DNA of 64,000 nt, taken from the NCBI RefSeq assembly GCF_009914755.1, contig NC_060926.1. The stretch is one strand, 5' to 3'. The stretch's first letter is position 1. Each line of letters opens with the position of its first letter. Made by a program: the position numbers and the translations under genes. Positions 1 through 13,000 of this stretch are shown here, in pieces. The notes beneath the pieces are model-generated. The model saw nothing but the letters and a program-made list of their open reading frames with translations. It had not been told where the DNA came from and did no database searches. This stretch comes from the human T2T-CHM13v2.0 reference genome, Homo sapiens.

Positions 1-159
1 CGGTTTAATTCTATCTGGGGAGGCAGAACTCTACATGGAGTGTAGAGTTCATATTCACCAGGTTAATGCCAGCTTCCCTAACATGGGATATTAAGCAGGA
101 AGGAACTTTGAGTATAACATTTTGTTGATTAAGAATAAAGAAATTAAGATTAAATTTTA

Positions 160-1583
160 TTGGGATTCACTTCTGGAATGGTGGTGTTAGGGGCTGTGTG
201 GACTTGTTGCTCAGTGAAACAATAACTGATAAAAATTATTTTAAGAAAACAACCAAACTTGGAAATTTGCCGTATATCCTAAGGGCATACAGCACATGAA
301 GAAACATTTATTCAAGAAAATCTGCTAGATCTCAGTAAGAATAGCAGATGTCTGTGGCACTTGAGCCAGAACCTGCTCCTTCCTTCTCTTTTCCCATCCG
401 CTGCCCAGCTCAGCATGAGAGAAGCTATCAAGAGTGACCAAGAAGACTGGGTTCCCTTTCCCCTAAGTTCCCATCAAGGGCTATGGTATCTCCCCAGGAG
501 GGCAGGCTGTCAGCATCCCCCTACCTCCAGCAAGGCTGCATGTTGCAGAGGCTAAATTCCAGGAGAATGTGGCTAGCCCCTACTCATAGGGCAGAGGTTC
601 TACCTGAGGCTGAGAATAATGGGTCCCCAGTTGCCCTTTGTCAGTCCAGCTAGTTTGTAGGGCAGAGGTTCCATCCTTGGAGAATCAAGCCAAGAAGAGC
701 AAAGGCTACTGCTCCCATCCAGCACCCTGTTCATAAAGTGGAAGTGTCACTCCGAGAGAAGTGGGACACAGTCTGTGCGCCCAGCTCTAGAACAGTGACT
801 CCAACATTTTCCCAAGTAGGAGAGGTAGGCTATAATAACAGAAAGCTCTGAAGCTCTCTGAAAGATACTGACTTTGTTTATAAAAGTGTAGGGAAAGTTC
901 AAGCCTAAGGGTGTTCTAAAAAAAAAAAAATGGAGAGTTTGGTGGTAATTAATAAGAGGCCGATAAGCAATAGGCAAAAGCTTGGGCCAGAGACCAGGAA
1001 AGAGACAGTAAAGAGTGTCTGGGATCAGAACAAACCTCAAACTCTGACATCAAAAACTATCCCTGTGAAAGGTCTCCATTTAATTAGATAAAATGTAGAA
1101 CAATGTATGCCCTAGGCAGTTGTCAAAAACAATAGAGCAATCAGGCAGCAATTAGTGGGGTCTAACAGCTGGGTATGAAAACACCAGAGGCAGACAGCTT
1201 AACAAAGAGATTAGGGAAGATACAGACAGCCCTGATAAAATGATTGTCATCCCAGAGAGAATGTGTGTTCACTCAAGGCTGTGCCCCCATGAGGAGCAAA
1301 ATCAGAGGTTGGGTGGGGAGGGGAATATACTTCACCACAGGAGTCCAGCCAAGTCATTGAAAAAATAAGCAAACAAAAACAAGCCCTGGGATAGAGGGGC
1401 TTGTAGTATCCAGAGTTGCTGCAGTGTCTTAGCTAAGATGTCATTTTCAACACAAAATTATAAGATATGCAAAGAAATAATGACAGAAAAATGGGTATGA
1501 CAGAAAAAAAGCAGGCAACAGAATCTTCCTGGGAGAGGACACAGATGTTGGGCTTAACAAAGACTTTAAAACTGCTATTATAT
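160..1583 (+). mobile_element. Old L1M-type 5'UTR/ORF1-region fragment
   Basis: Resembles the L1M copy at about 34200-34430 (ttttcaac...aaagacttt...gctatt). Boundaries approximate. Confidence 0.55.
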
Positions 1584-3095
1584 TTGTTCCACTGGTCTAC
1601 GTGTCTATTTTTATACCAGTACCTTACTGGTGCCCAGAAATAAATTTATACATTTGTAGCCAACTTATTTTTGACAAAGGTGCCAAGAACAGGCAATGGG
1701 GAAAGGACAGTGTTGTCAGTGAAGAGTCAAACTCTGTAAAATATTTGAAGAGATTTATTCTGAGCCAAATATGAGTGACCAGCCCCAGGAGATCCTGAGA
1801 ACATGTGCCCAAGGTGGTCAGGCTACAACTTAGTTTTATATGTTTTAAGGAGACATAAGATATCAATCAGTACATGTAAGATGTATATTAGTTTGGTCTG
1901 GGACAACTTGAAATGATGGGACTTCAGCTTATAGGTGGATTCAGAGATTTTCTGATTGACGGTTGAAAGTGTTAAGTTATTACTTGAAGACCTGGAATCA
2001 TAGAAGGGAATGTTTGGGTTAAGATAAGGGGTTGTGGAGACCAGGGTTTTATCATGCAGATGCAGCTTCCAGGTAGTAGGCTTTAGAGCTCTTATACGAC
2101 CTAAAATCGTGCCAGACTCTTAGTTAATTCTCTCCCGGGTCAGGAAAAAGACCTGGAAAGGGAAGGGGATTCTCTACAGAATGTAGATTTTTCCCCACAA
2201 GAGACAGCTTTGCAGGGCTACTTCATAGTATGTCAAATAAATATATTTTGGAGTAAAATATTTTGATTTCTTTCAGGGCCTGCTATCTGTCATGTGATGC
2301 TATACTGGAGTCAGGCTGGAATCTGGTGTCTTATTACTGCAGAGAGTCAGTTTTAAGATCTCTGTTTTATCAGTCTTAAGGCCTCTGTTTTAATGTTAAT
2401 GCTGGTCAATTGTGCCTAAATTTCAAAGGGAGGAGGGTATAAATGAGACATGTCCAACCTCCTCTTCCCATCATAGCCTTAACTAGATATTCGGGTTTAC
2501 TTTGAAATGCTCCTCTCCAAGAGGAGGGGTCCAGTTCAGTTGCTTGAGGGGCTTAGAATTACATTTTTGGCTTATAGTCTCCAATAAATGCTGTTGAGAA
2601 AATGGGATATCCACGTACAGAAGAATGAAATTAGACCCTTATTTCTTACCATATACAAAAATTAACTCAAAATCAATTAAATACTTAAATATGAGAACTG
2701 ACACTATGAAACTGCTGAAGAAAACATAGGTGAGGCGCTTCAGGACATTGGTACGGGCAAGGCTTTTTGAATAAGATCTCAAAAGCACAGGCAACCAAAG
2801 CAAAAATAGAAAAATGGCATTACATTAAGCTAAAAAGCTTCTGCACAGCAAAGGAAACAACAAAGTGAAAAGACAAACTGCAGGATTGAAGAAAATATTT
2901 GCAAACTATACGTTAGACAAGGGGTTAACATCAGAAACATACAAGGAACTCAAACAACTCAATTGCAGGAAACAATCCAATTTAAAAATGGGCAAAAGAC
3001 CTGAATAGACATTTCCCAAAAGAAGACATGCAAATGGCCAACAGGTATAGGAAGAAATGCTCAACATCACTAATCATCAGGGAAATGCAAATTAA
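1584..3095 (+). mobile_element. L1 (L1PB/L1MA-like) ORF2 3' fragment with a short 5' inversion, split by an LTR
   Basis: Typical L1 ORF2 text (tttgacaaaggtgccaagaac; aaaatgggcaaaagacctgaatagacatttc; tcaacatcactaatcatcagggaaatgcaaattaa). 1584-1623 is inverted. Confidence 0.85.
1714..2576 (-). mobile_element. MER4-family (ERV1) solo LTR inserted in L1
   Basis: Reverse complement starts TATAAGCCAAAAATGTAATTCTAAGCCCC and ends TTTTACAGAGTTTGACTC...GACA. 4-bp TSD gtgt/gtct; L1 text resumes after it. Confidence 0.85.
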
Positions 3096-3119
3096 GGAAA
3101 CAGCTGTAAAGTGAGGAAG

Positions 3120-3280
3120 AAGCTTGGGGCCTGGAGTTTATAATCTGGGGTTGGAGTGTCCTGGTTCTACTGCTATCTGCTTTATGACCTTGAGCTGGTT
3201 GCTTTTCCCTCTCTGACACTGGGTTTCACATGTGGCTCTGAGCACTCAGTGAAATTATCACTGGGAAGTGCTTGATGGAA
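3120..3280 (+). mobile_element. MIR fragment
   Basis: Core-like ...ctggttctactgct...tgaccttgagc...ctctctga...gtttc. Confidence 0.5.
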
Positions 3281-3359
3281 GCTCTTTTCCACCCTACTCT
3301 TAGCAGGTCAGATATGGGGAGGAAAGAGAGGGAGTTAGGTTTCTCTGCTTCACTGTTGA

Positions 3360-4441
3360 TATGGACTTGGTGCCCTGTGTCCCAGCCGCTCTAGCCGTGG
3401 CTGAAAGGGGCCAAGGTAGAGCTCAGGCTGTGGCTTCAGAGGGTGCAAGCCTCAACCTTGGCAGCTTCCACATGGTTTTGAGCCTGCCAGTGTACAGAAG
3501 TCAAGAATTGGGGTTTGGGAACCACTGCCTAGATTTCAGAGGCTGTATGGAAACTCCTGGGTGTCCAGGCAGAAGTTTGCTGCACAGGTGGGGCCCTCAT
3601 GAAGAATTTCTGCTAGGGCAGTGCAGAAGGGAAATGTGGGGTGGGAGCCCCCACACAGAGTTCCTATGGGGCACCGCCTAGTGGAGCTGTGAGAAGAGGA
3701 CCACTGTCCTCCAGAGCCCAGAATAGTAGCTCTACTGATGGCTTTCACTGTACACACCTGGAAAAGCCACAGACACTCAACGCTAGCCCATGAAAGGAGC
3801 CAGGAGGGGGACTATACCCTGCTGGCCATTTGCACATCTTCTTTTGGGAAATGTCTATTCAGATCTTTTGCCCATTTTTAAATTGGATTATTTGTTTTCT
3901 GCAGTTGAGTTGTTTGAGTTCCTTGTATGTTTCTGACGTTAACCCCTTGTCTAATATGTAGTTTGCAAATATTTTCTTCTATCTGATTTTGTCTTTTCAC
4001 TCTGTTGATTGTCTGCTTTGCTGTGCAGAAGCTTGGGCGCAACTGCCCAAGGCTGTGGAAGCCCACCTCTTGCATCAGCATGACCTGGATATGAGACATG
4101 GAGTCAAAGGAGATCATTTTGGAGCCTTAAGGTTTGACTGCCCCGTTGGATTTCAGACTTGCCTGGGACCGGTAGCCCCTTTATTTTGGCCAATTTCTCC
4201 CATTTGGAATGGCTGTGTTTACCCAATACCTGCACCCCCATTGTATCTAGAAAGTAACTAACTTGCTTTTGATTTTACAGGCTCATAGGCAGAAGGGACG
4301 TGCCTTGTCTCAGATAAGACTTTGGACTGTGGACTTTTGAGTTAATGCTGAAATGAGTTAAGACTTTGGGGGACTGTTGGGAAGGCATGATTGGTTTTGA
4401 AAATGTGAGGACATGAGATTTGATAGGGGCCAGGGGTGGAA
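3360..4441 (+). mobile_element. THE1-int (MaLR internal) 3' part, 5'-truncated, interrupted at 3821-4034 by an inverted L1 piece
   Basis: ggacttggtgccctgtgtcccagcc...; ends in the polypurine tract aggggccaggggtggaa just before the LTR. Confidence 0.88.
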
Positions 4442-4799
4442 TGATATGGTTTGGCTCTGTGTTCCTACCCAGATCTCATGTTGAATTGTACTCCCATAAT
4501 TCCCATGTGTTGTTGGGGGGACCCTGTGGGAGATAACTGAATCATGGGGGGTGGATTCTCCCATACTGTTCTCATGATAGTAAGTCTCATGAGATCTGAT
4601 GGTTTGATGAAGGGAAACTCATTTCACTTGGCTCTCATTCTCTCTTGCTTTCTGCGATGTAAGATGTGCCTTTTGCCTTCTGCTATGATTGTGAGGCCTC
4701 CCCAACCACATGGAACTGAGTCCATTAAATCTCTTTTTGATTGTAAATTACCCAGTCTTGGGTATGTCTTTATCAGCAGCATGAAAACGAACTATTACA
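4442..4799 (+). mobile_element. THE1 (MaLR) 3' LTR
   Basis: TGATATGGTTTGGCT...ATCAGCAGCATGAAAACGAACTATTACA termini. Confidence 0.92.
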
Positions 4800-4930
4800 A
4801 CTGTGCATCCTCTGCAAGCAGAAGCAGGCTCTTCTGGCTCTTGGCCTCTCACTGGCAACACTCACCAATTCAGGTGCTGGATTTGGGTGGTGATAAGATG
4901 GAAGATGCAGATACAATCCATAAAGCACTG

Positions 4931-5307
4931 TGTTAAGGACTGAATTGTGTCTCTCCTTCAGATTCATATGTTGAAGTACTAACCCCCAATGTGACCGTAT
5001 TTGGAGATGGCGTCTGTAAAGAGATAATTAAGGTTAAATTAGGACATAAAAGTAGAACCCTAATCTCATAGAACTGGTGTCCTTATAAGAAGAGACCTCA
5101 TGAAAGAGATGACAGAGAAAAGGCCATGTGAGGACACAGCTAGAAGGTGACTGTAAGCCAAAGAGAGTGGCCTCACCAGGAACTGAATCAGCTGGCATCT
5201 TGACCTTGGACTTCCCAGCCTCCAGGACTGTAAGAAAATAAATATCTATTGTTTAAGCCCCCTAGTCTGTGGGATTTTGTTATGGCAACCTGAGCAGACT
5301 AATCCAC
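4931..5307 (+). mobile_element. MLT1 (MLT1A/B-like) solo LTR
   Basis: tgttaaggactgaattgtgtc...cttcccagcctccaggactgtaag...gttatggcaacctgagcagactaatcca. Confidence 0.85.
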
Positions 5308-6739
5308 ATGTCTAATGTGGAATCTCAATGCTCTTTTTGCCAATTCTGCCCCACTGAGGAACTAGGAAAGCAGTCCCACTCAAAATTATAAAAGCACAAG
5401 CATGAATGATGATTACAAATAAAAAAGACTGTTTTGGAGATTGTCTTCTTTCTACCCTTCTTCATATATGTTTGCTGACCAGCCTGGTGACAGAAGCCAT
5501 CTGTCAGCCTGCTGTGGAGTCGGGTTGTGAGCACGGTGATACAGGGGAACAGAATCGCATGTCAGCAGTTATCCCAGAAATGCCAGGTTTGCTTCAGATT
5601 TTGATTTCCTCCCTGTTTCCTCCCCTCAAACAGTGGTGGTGGATCATCAAACAGTATTTTTAGAACTGCTTTGCAGCTTCCCTGTAGAAACCTTTCCTCA
5701 CTACATGGTTTAATCCTCTCATCTAGCCTTGTTTAAGATCTGCAGAATGCTATATTTGTTTAACTTTATTTGAGATTTCAAGGCTTTTCTGAATGTTGCT
5801 CCAAGTAATCTGATGAATGCAGAACTCCAAAATTTATGCCTTAAAAGGCTTAACTACTGATATGTTTGGAGGCTTACTTATTTTCTCCCTTTATTCTAAA
5901 CCACACAGGGCAGGGCAGCTAAAAAATCCCCTTGGAATTAGTGTCAGAAAGTCCCTTTTTAAAAATTAATAAACTTAAATTTTTTTAGAGCAGTTTTAGT
6001 TCACAGACAAATTGAGTGGAAAGTACAGAGAGTTCCTATATGTCTCTTATCTTCACACATAAAGTCTTTTAATTGGGCTATCGTAACTTTCAAGGACAAA
6101 AGGACAGTATTCTCCTTTATGGAGAAGTAGTAAGTTTCTTGGCTAGATTGACGGCCTTCAGTGATGGTAGGGGAGGGTGCAAGTGTCAGGCTAACTGACC
6201 AGCCTGCAGCTGGAGTGAACCTGAGCCCAGGGTCCAGCAGGGTGTACTTGTGTCCGTGGGTCTGGCGGAGCCATATAAGATGTCAGTGGCAGACTCATAT
6301 CTAATTCCGGGGGAAACCTTCCCAGTGGTCACAACCTCAGGCCGTGTCATTCTCCAGAGAGAATGTGTCATTTAATCCTAACTCCTACCTTTTTAAGGTA
6401 GTTTTGCCCGTGTATCTCATTTGACCCTTAGTAAGGCCTAGTGTCATTTAACTTAGTAACTTGTGGTATACAGAGTCCTCACGCATGCTTTCTTACTTGA
6501 GATTGCAGCGAACTTCTAAGGTGGGAATATTATCCCCACTTTATGACATGGGGTGTGAGCTGAGAGCCAGAGGTTCCAACAGCCAGCAGCTGGTTGGTGT
6601 CTGTTTGATGATCCGCCACCACTGTTTGAGGGGGGAAAATAGGGAGGAAATCAAAATCCAGCTGTGGATGGAGATGGCGTGCTGTCCTCCATGCATCCTG
6701 CTCCAGGTCCATTGTCTCCCAAAGGGCATGTCTGCTGTT

Positions 6740-7200
6740 CCAGAGAAAAGTCATTCAGTGATACTTGTGAAAACATATGAATAAAGGAAGACTTTATCCA
6801 GGACCATCACAATAGGTATGGGGACCACAGCAACGGGCTTGCAGTGGTGGGGGGAGATTGGGCTCAACTCCCAATACAGCACGGGCAAGTGGGAATTTGT
6901 AGTCTAGGAACAGGGTAGGGGGTCAGTGGATGGGAACTTACTAAGAGGAAACATTGAGAGTAAAGTGGATTCTGGCTAAACCCACCTAACAGGATTCTTG
7001 CTAAACTGGCCAGGACAATCAGACATCACCTAGGGAATGGTGGTAGAGGAACCTAATCAGATATTGAGGAGGGGAGGTTTTTGCTAAACTGGCTCAGCAG
7101 GGTTCTTTGCTAAAACTGGATTTTACAAAGAAGTGCACAGATGGGCCTAGAAGGTTCAGGAACCTGACTCTAGTTTGGCCAAGCAGAAAATCTTTGTTAC
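6740..7200 (-). mobile_element. MER31-like ERV1 solo LTR
   Basis: Reverse complement gtaacaaagattttctgcttggccaaactagagtcagg...aaatccagttttagcaaagaaccctgc. Subfamily uncertain. Confidence 0.65.
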
Positions 7201-7322
7201 TGCCACTGGTGGAATGGCTGCAAGCCTTATATTTGAAGAGTTAAATTTGTTTTATATATACTTAAATACTTAGCTAGTTTAAAATATTCCATATAGTAAA
7301 TTTAAGTTAAAAAATGTGTTTA

Positions 7323-7677
<355 letters not shown>

Positions 7678-9904
7678 TCATGGTAGAAGCAATGATTTCC
7701 TGAGTGTCAGTAGTTCAGGAAATACTGTAGTAGTATCCATGCTAGCTTCGGGAGGTGACAGTGGAAGTCAAAGTCCTGCCCCTTTCCAGCCTTGCTGGTT
7801 GTACACAGAATGTTGAGGTCAAGAACCCCCCCAGCCCCTCATTCTCTGAACCTTGATGCCCTCACTGAGGCAGGGAGTAATGATTTCCCTATGGTGGGGC
7901 AGGCCTTGTTTTTAGGAGCAAATGACAAAACAGAATAAACACCATTGTTACCATTTGGGGCACTCCACCAGCACAGAATCATAGACTGGGGGAGGGAGGT
8001 GAGGGCTGGGGAAAGGGACCACATCTGGCAGGGGGCACTGAAGTGCCTAGTTTGTGATTTCCCTGGAATTTGATAAATTAAAACCTGGACCAGGTCAAGA
8101 GCCCAGGGGCTCCAACTCTACATCAGTTGCGTTTCCATCACATTTATCTGCGTCTCACTAGTGGTTGAAGAACATGTCTGGCCCCTGCACTGCTGAGCTG
8201 AGCAGTGCTGTGAAGCGTTCAGCAGCATTAGTGTTAGTCTTGGCCTGTGCAGGTTTCTCTGACTGATCCTGTGGGTATCTATGACCTCAGTTATCTTCGT
8301 ACATCAGTGCCCACCTGCTCCCAGGTACACTGTTCTGGAATGATGTGAATTTGTTCACACCTTCCTAGTGGGTGTGCATCTGGCCATCCAAGAGTCTGGT
8401 CCTCACGGAACCCTGGTTATGGGGCCAGATGATAGTCCTGAGGGCATTAGGTGATACCTGTGTTCTCCTGGGCTGGCTGAGTTCTCCAGATGAGAGAGAG
8501 CATTCCTTCTGCCAGAGGCCTGCCCACAGTGGCTCCACTGTCAGTGTCCTGGTTTGCATGTACAGAGGCAGGGCTTGAAGTTGGGTGGTAAGTGGGGGCT
8601 TGAGGTGGCTTGGAGGCTGTACCTGCTACATGTTGGTTTACAGTTTTTAGTTTTTCTATAGGTTTCTTCCAGTGGGAGATGGGAATACTTCTAAAAAATG
8701 AATTCCAAAGTCACATTTTCCCTGATCTCTTTATTTCCCAGCTACCAAGAGTGTTTTAAAAAATGTAAAAGCACACATAGAGATTTTAATTAGCTTTCAC
8801 TGTCACTGCTCTTGGTGGTGGTAATTTTACATATGATATGTGACAGGGAGACACTTTGTGAGGGCCTTTGTTCTCAATGTATTCTCTCCCTCTCATAACT
8901 CAGATGTAAAATTTGGAGAAAGAGATAATGGTGAAAGTACCTCAACATTGTCTTATTTTCACATTGATATTCCTACTCGTTAGCATTTTCCATGGAAACA
9001 GCACCACAACCAGATTAGGAATCTTTCTGGAACAAAGGGAAAATAGTTCTTGTGACTTTTGTGAGCAGTCTCACTACTGCATTGTTTATGGGTGAGGTCA
9101 CCAAGGAGACCTAGCTCAAAGGCAAAAGATGGCCCTGCTCTAAGGGTTTTATTAATAGACCTGAAATTGCTTGCCCTCTTGAATTACCCAAGTGGTTTTA
9201 GTTTCTTTTGTTGTTTTTGAGTTATTGGATTTTATTTTATATTTGCAGAATCAGTGCTTCCTTCAGAGATAGGGAGTTTGGACGGACTAGGTTTAGTTGT
9301 GCTGATGACAAATGGACCTTTAGAACCCCTGGAGACCTCCTGGGACAAACGAGTTGCCCTTTATGTGTTGGTCGTGAATGTTGCCTGTTCATGTGGTGGT
9401 GGGTGCCATCTTGACCCAGCTTTGCCAGGTCTGAGCAGGGGTCTGTCTTTGCTGGTGAGAAGGGATGCTCATTGCAATTCTTGTGGGCAGGTTCCTCCCT
9501 GGTTTGCCCCAAGTGAGAAAGAGATTTGTCTTCAAAAGCCCAGTAGGAGAGTCCAAGAGAGTACCAGGACTTTTGAGATTGGTTTGAACAATTGAGATCC
9601 TAGGGAGTTCTTCACTGCCTGCAAGCTAAAACCCAGCTCTGTGGTCTGGTGTTAAAGGATCTCCAGAATTGACCTCGTCCTGGCTCTCCAGCCCCATTCT
9701 CTGTCCTTGATACACAAGACTTTCCTGTTTCCTGAGTGAGTGCTTGTTGCTGGATGCACCTGTGCCTGTTCCTTTTGAAGTCAGATCAACTCGCACCTCA
9801 TCTGGATCATCTTTTGCCAGATTTCAAGCTTCTTCCTTGCCTCTGTAGCAGCATGGGGCATGCATCTCATTTTGTCTTGGAGTTGTGTTATCTGAATGTT
9901 TTAC

Positions 9905-10007
9905 TCCATCATTAAACTGTTGGATTCTTGCAGGCAGAGATCACTTCTGATTCACTTGTGTGTTCACTGTAAGTGCCTAGCTCAGTACTTGTTGAACAGA
10001 TGAATGG
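9905..10007 (+). mobile_element. L2 3' end fragment
   Basis: ...cttgcaggcagagatc...gtgcctagctcagtacttgttgaacagatgaatg. Confidence 0.55.
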
Positions 10008-13000
10008 ACAGTTCCAGATTACAGACTCCTTTGGACACTCTCATCAGAAGGCATTTCAGGTCATCAAACCAGGCTTGCGTGACAGGATGACAGAGACTCC
10101 TTCTCCTGCAGGCAGGGCTCCTGTCTTCTGCCCTGGTCCCTTCCCTATTAGCCTGATCTTTGCTGCTGGTTGAGAAGAGGTGCCACATGAGAAGAAGGCA
10201 GATGTTGCTGTTGAGCATGAAGGTGCTGCGTGTCAGTTGGCACTTGTCCCTACATGGTTGAACTTACTCAACCACAGCTCTGGTGGGTAGCTACAGAGCA
10301 CTGCCCAAGGAAGGGCATGGGCCTCAGAGGCACAGCTTATTGCACTCTTTTAAAAACTGCATTTCTTTTTGAGGTTTCATTATTCCAGCCACTGTCAGCT
10401 TTGCAATAAAGAGCTGTGGTCAGTTCACTGTGGAAGAGGCCCATGGAGGACTGCCAGTGGGGGTCCTCCCTCACCAAACACGGAACGCTGAACAACCAGC
10501 AACACAGCCGAGTAGCTGAAGCCATAGAACCCTCTCTCCAGGAAGGTCCTATATAAACATCAGGACTGCTTGCTGCCCTTTTGATTTGTTTTAATGAGAA
10601 TAGGGAAGACTGAAGTCCTTTTGTGTCTCTGCTAAGTGTTCACCCCAACACTGAATGTTTCAAACAGGATTCCATTTTCACAGCTAAAATAAACAGGTTA
10701 TACACCACTTTGCCAGAGATCTACATGTAGTAAAGTTGCTGAATGTGTGACCACTTTGTGTTTCCATGGGACCTAGAGGACCAAGATGTCTCTCCCTGAT
10801 TTCAGTTTGTTGTTGAGGAAGCTAGAAACAGCATTGTAACGTTGGTGCTGCCACTTGGAGGCCTTGGGCAGGTCATCCCCAGTCTCCTGGCTTACTGCCT
10901 GGTTTCTAAAATAGCATTGTCTTCCCGGCATTTCATTGATCTGTGATGGTTGCTTCACATTTATAGCCCTTTATGGAATTTTGTTGCTACTCAGAAAATT
11001 TTTTATTTTCTCGTGAAGCCAATTTTGACACTTGCGAATTAGAAGGCAGGCTTTCCTAGTGCTTAGAAAAATAAACAGAGCCTGCCTGACTCCACTTGTC
11101 TGAAGCACGTTATTATTAACTTTCAACTTATTATCAGTTCTGCTCTTAACGTGGCGCTGTAGAAGGAAATGATGTGTGTGGTGTTAATCTTCAGTGCCTC
11201 TTCAGGCCCACGTGCCATCCTGCTGAAGGTGCAGGACTGGCAATGGCAAGGGGGATCTACAGCTTTGGCTGGCCTTGACATTCTGCATCATGTGATTGAG
11301 CAAGCCTGAGACCATCTTACCAGATTCACTCTAGGCTCTCTGTCTTTTCTTTGTTTTCCCAAAGCTCTGTTAGCATGGACTTTTGAAAGTTGCCTGAATA
11401 TTAAAGTACTATACTAATAACTTGCTTTCTAGTAAACAAAACCAAAAGTTGGCTTAATGGTTGCTCACTGACCTGGCATAAACTAGAACACAAAGCTTCC
11501 CATTTAGAAAAGGTTCAGGCAGCCTCCTGCTGGGATCTGCCCAACCCCTCTAGGAGGTTGCATGGATGCCCACCTCTTCTTCCAAGGGTGCACTTTGCCT
11601 TTAGGTTTGGGGAAAAGTACTGGGCGAGCCTTTGGGACTGTTGTGTCTCATGAGTGGGCTGACCTTGGTGGAGGCTTGCGTTTCCCATGTGGGGCCTGAC
11701 TTTTTATGTGTCCAGCCAGAGTGATGAGCTCGTTCACTTCCCTGCAGTGCTTCCTTGTTGAACCTGAAAGAGAGGACGTGGGAGCTTTTGTAGGAGAGAG
11801 AGGACACATGCTTTATTCTTGAACTGTGAGGTGTATGTCACCAGAGAGAATTGGAGACAGCGGTGACTGTTTCTCAAAACAGCTTGCACACTCTTCCCTT
11901 ACCAAATTAGGATTGAGTAAAACCTGTTGGTAATAGTAAATAGAAGGAAGTTACAAATAAAACACAGTAGTCATAAAAGCAGAGCAGAGGAGCCCTGCTC
12001 ACAGAGCCAGCCGTCACCACAGACGCCTGGGCTTGAGTTGTGTCTTGCTGATTCAGCAGGAGGGTGCATTTCCCCTTCCACTTTCCTGTTGAAATATATT
12101 ATTTCTGTACAATATTTATAGAATCCCTGTCTCCACCATTAGAAATACAGAATATTCTTGCTTTTTCACTTTGCTATTAGTTGATATTGTTGGCTAGGTT
12201 TTGTCTGTTTATCCTGTTCACAAATTTTTGTTTTTTAAACTTTATTTTTTAACTATTTTTGACAGAAACAATAACAATATTTCTTCGAGGGGTTTAATTT
12301 CAGCTTAATTTAAGAAAAGAAAATCAAACATGAATGATACAAAAAAGAATCTGCTCTCATCCTAAAGTTCTGCCTTTTGCTTCTCTAGGAAGCCCTGTTT
12401 CCTGACTAGAATTTAGTGTTGCTTGATGGGAAAAGCTGGAGATGGAGTCAGAGACTGAGTAACCACAGGAGATGCTTATGAAGACATGGGTGGGGACAGG
12501 GCGGGACATAATGAGGAACTCTACAACTGAAAAAGATGATGCCTTTTATTAGCATTTGGTAGTAGTCGAATTAATGTGCTCTGCACTCTCTTCTGCATAT
12601 CGGAAAGAGCACTGGACTAGTAAGGCCTGCCTTTAGGTCCTACTTCTGCTGCTGCTGCTGACCTTGAGGGAGCCCCTCTACCATTGTGAGCCTGGCTCCC
12701 AGGCATCAAACTAGAATAGCTGTCTCTCCCAGCCCAGCGGTGTGGTGTGAGGACCAGGCGAGTCAAAACATGTGGGCAGCATTTGCAAGCTGTGTTGTTG
12801 TTGCTCACACTTATATTTCTTCCCCCTTGAGATTTTTTACCTACAGAGACCTCTAGACAAGGTGTTTCCTCCCATGGAGACCAGATGAGGCAGGTGAGCG
12901 GGCAGAAGGCACCTTGGCCTGAGAAGTTCTTGGTCTCCTCCTCTCTTGACCCTCTTCTGTGGATTGGAAACATTGTGAGAAACTACGTCCCTTGCTTGCA

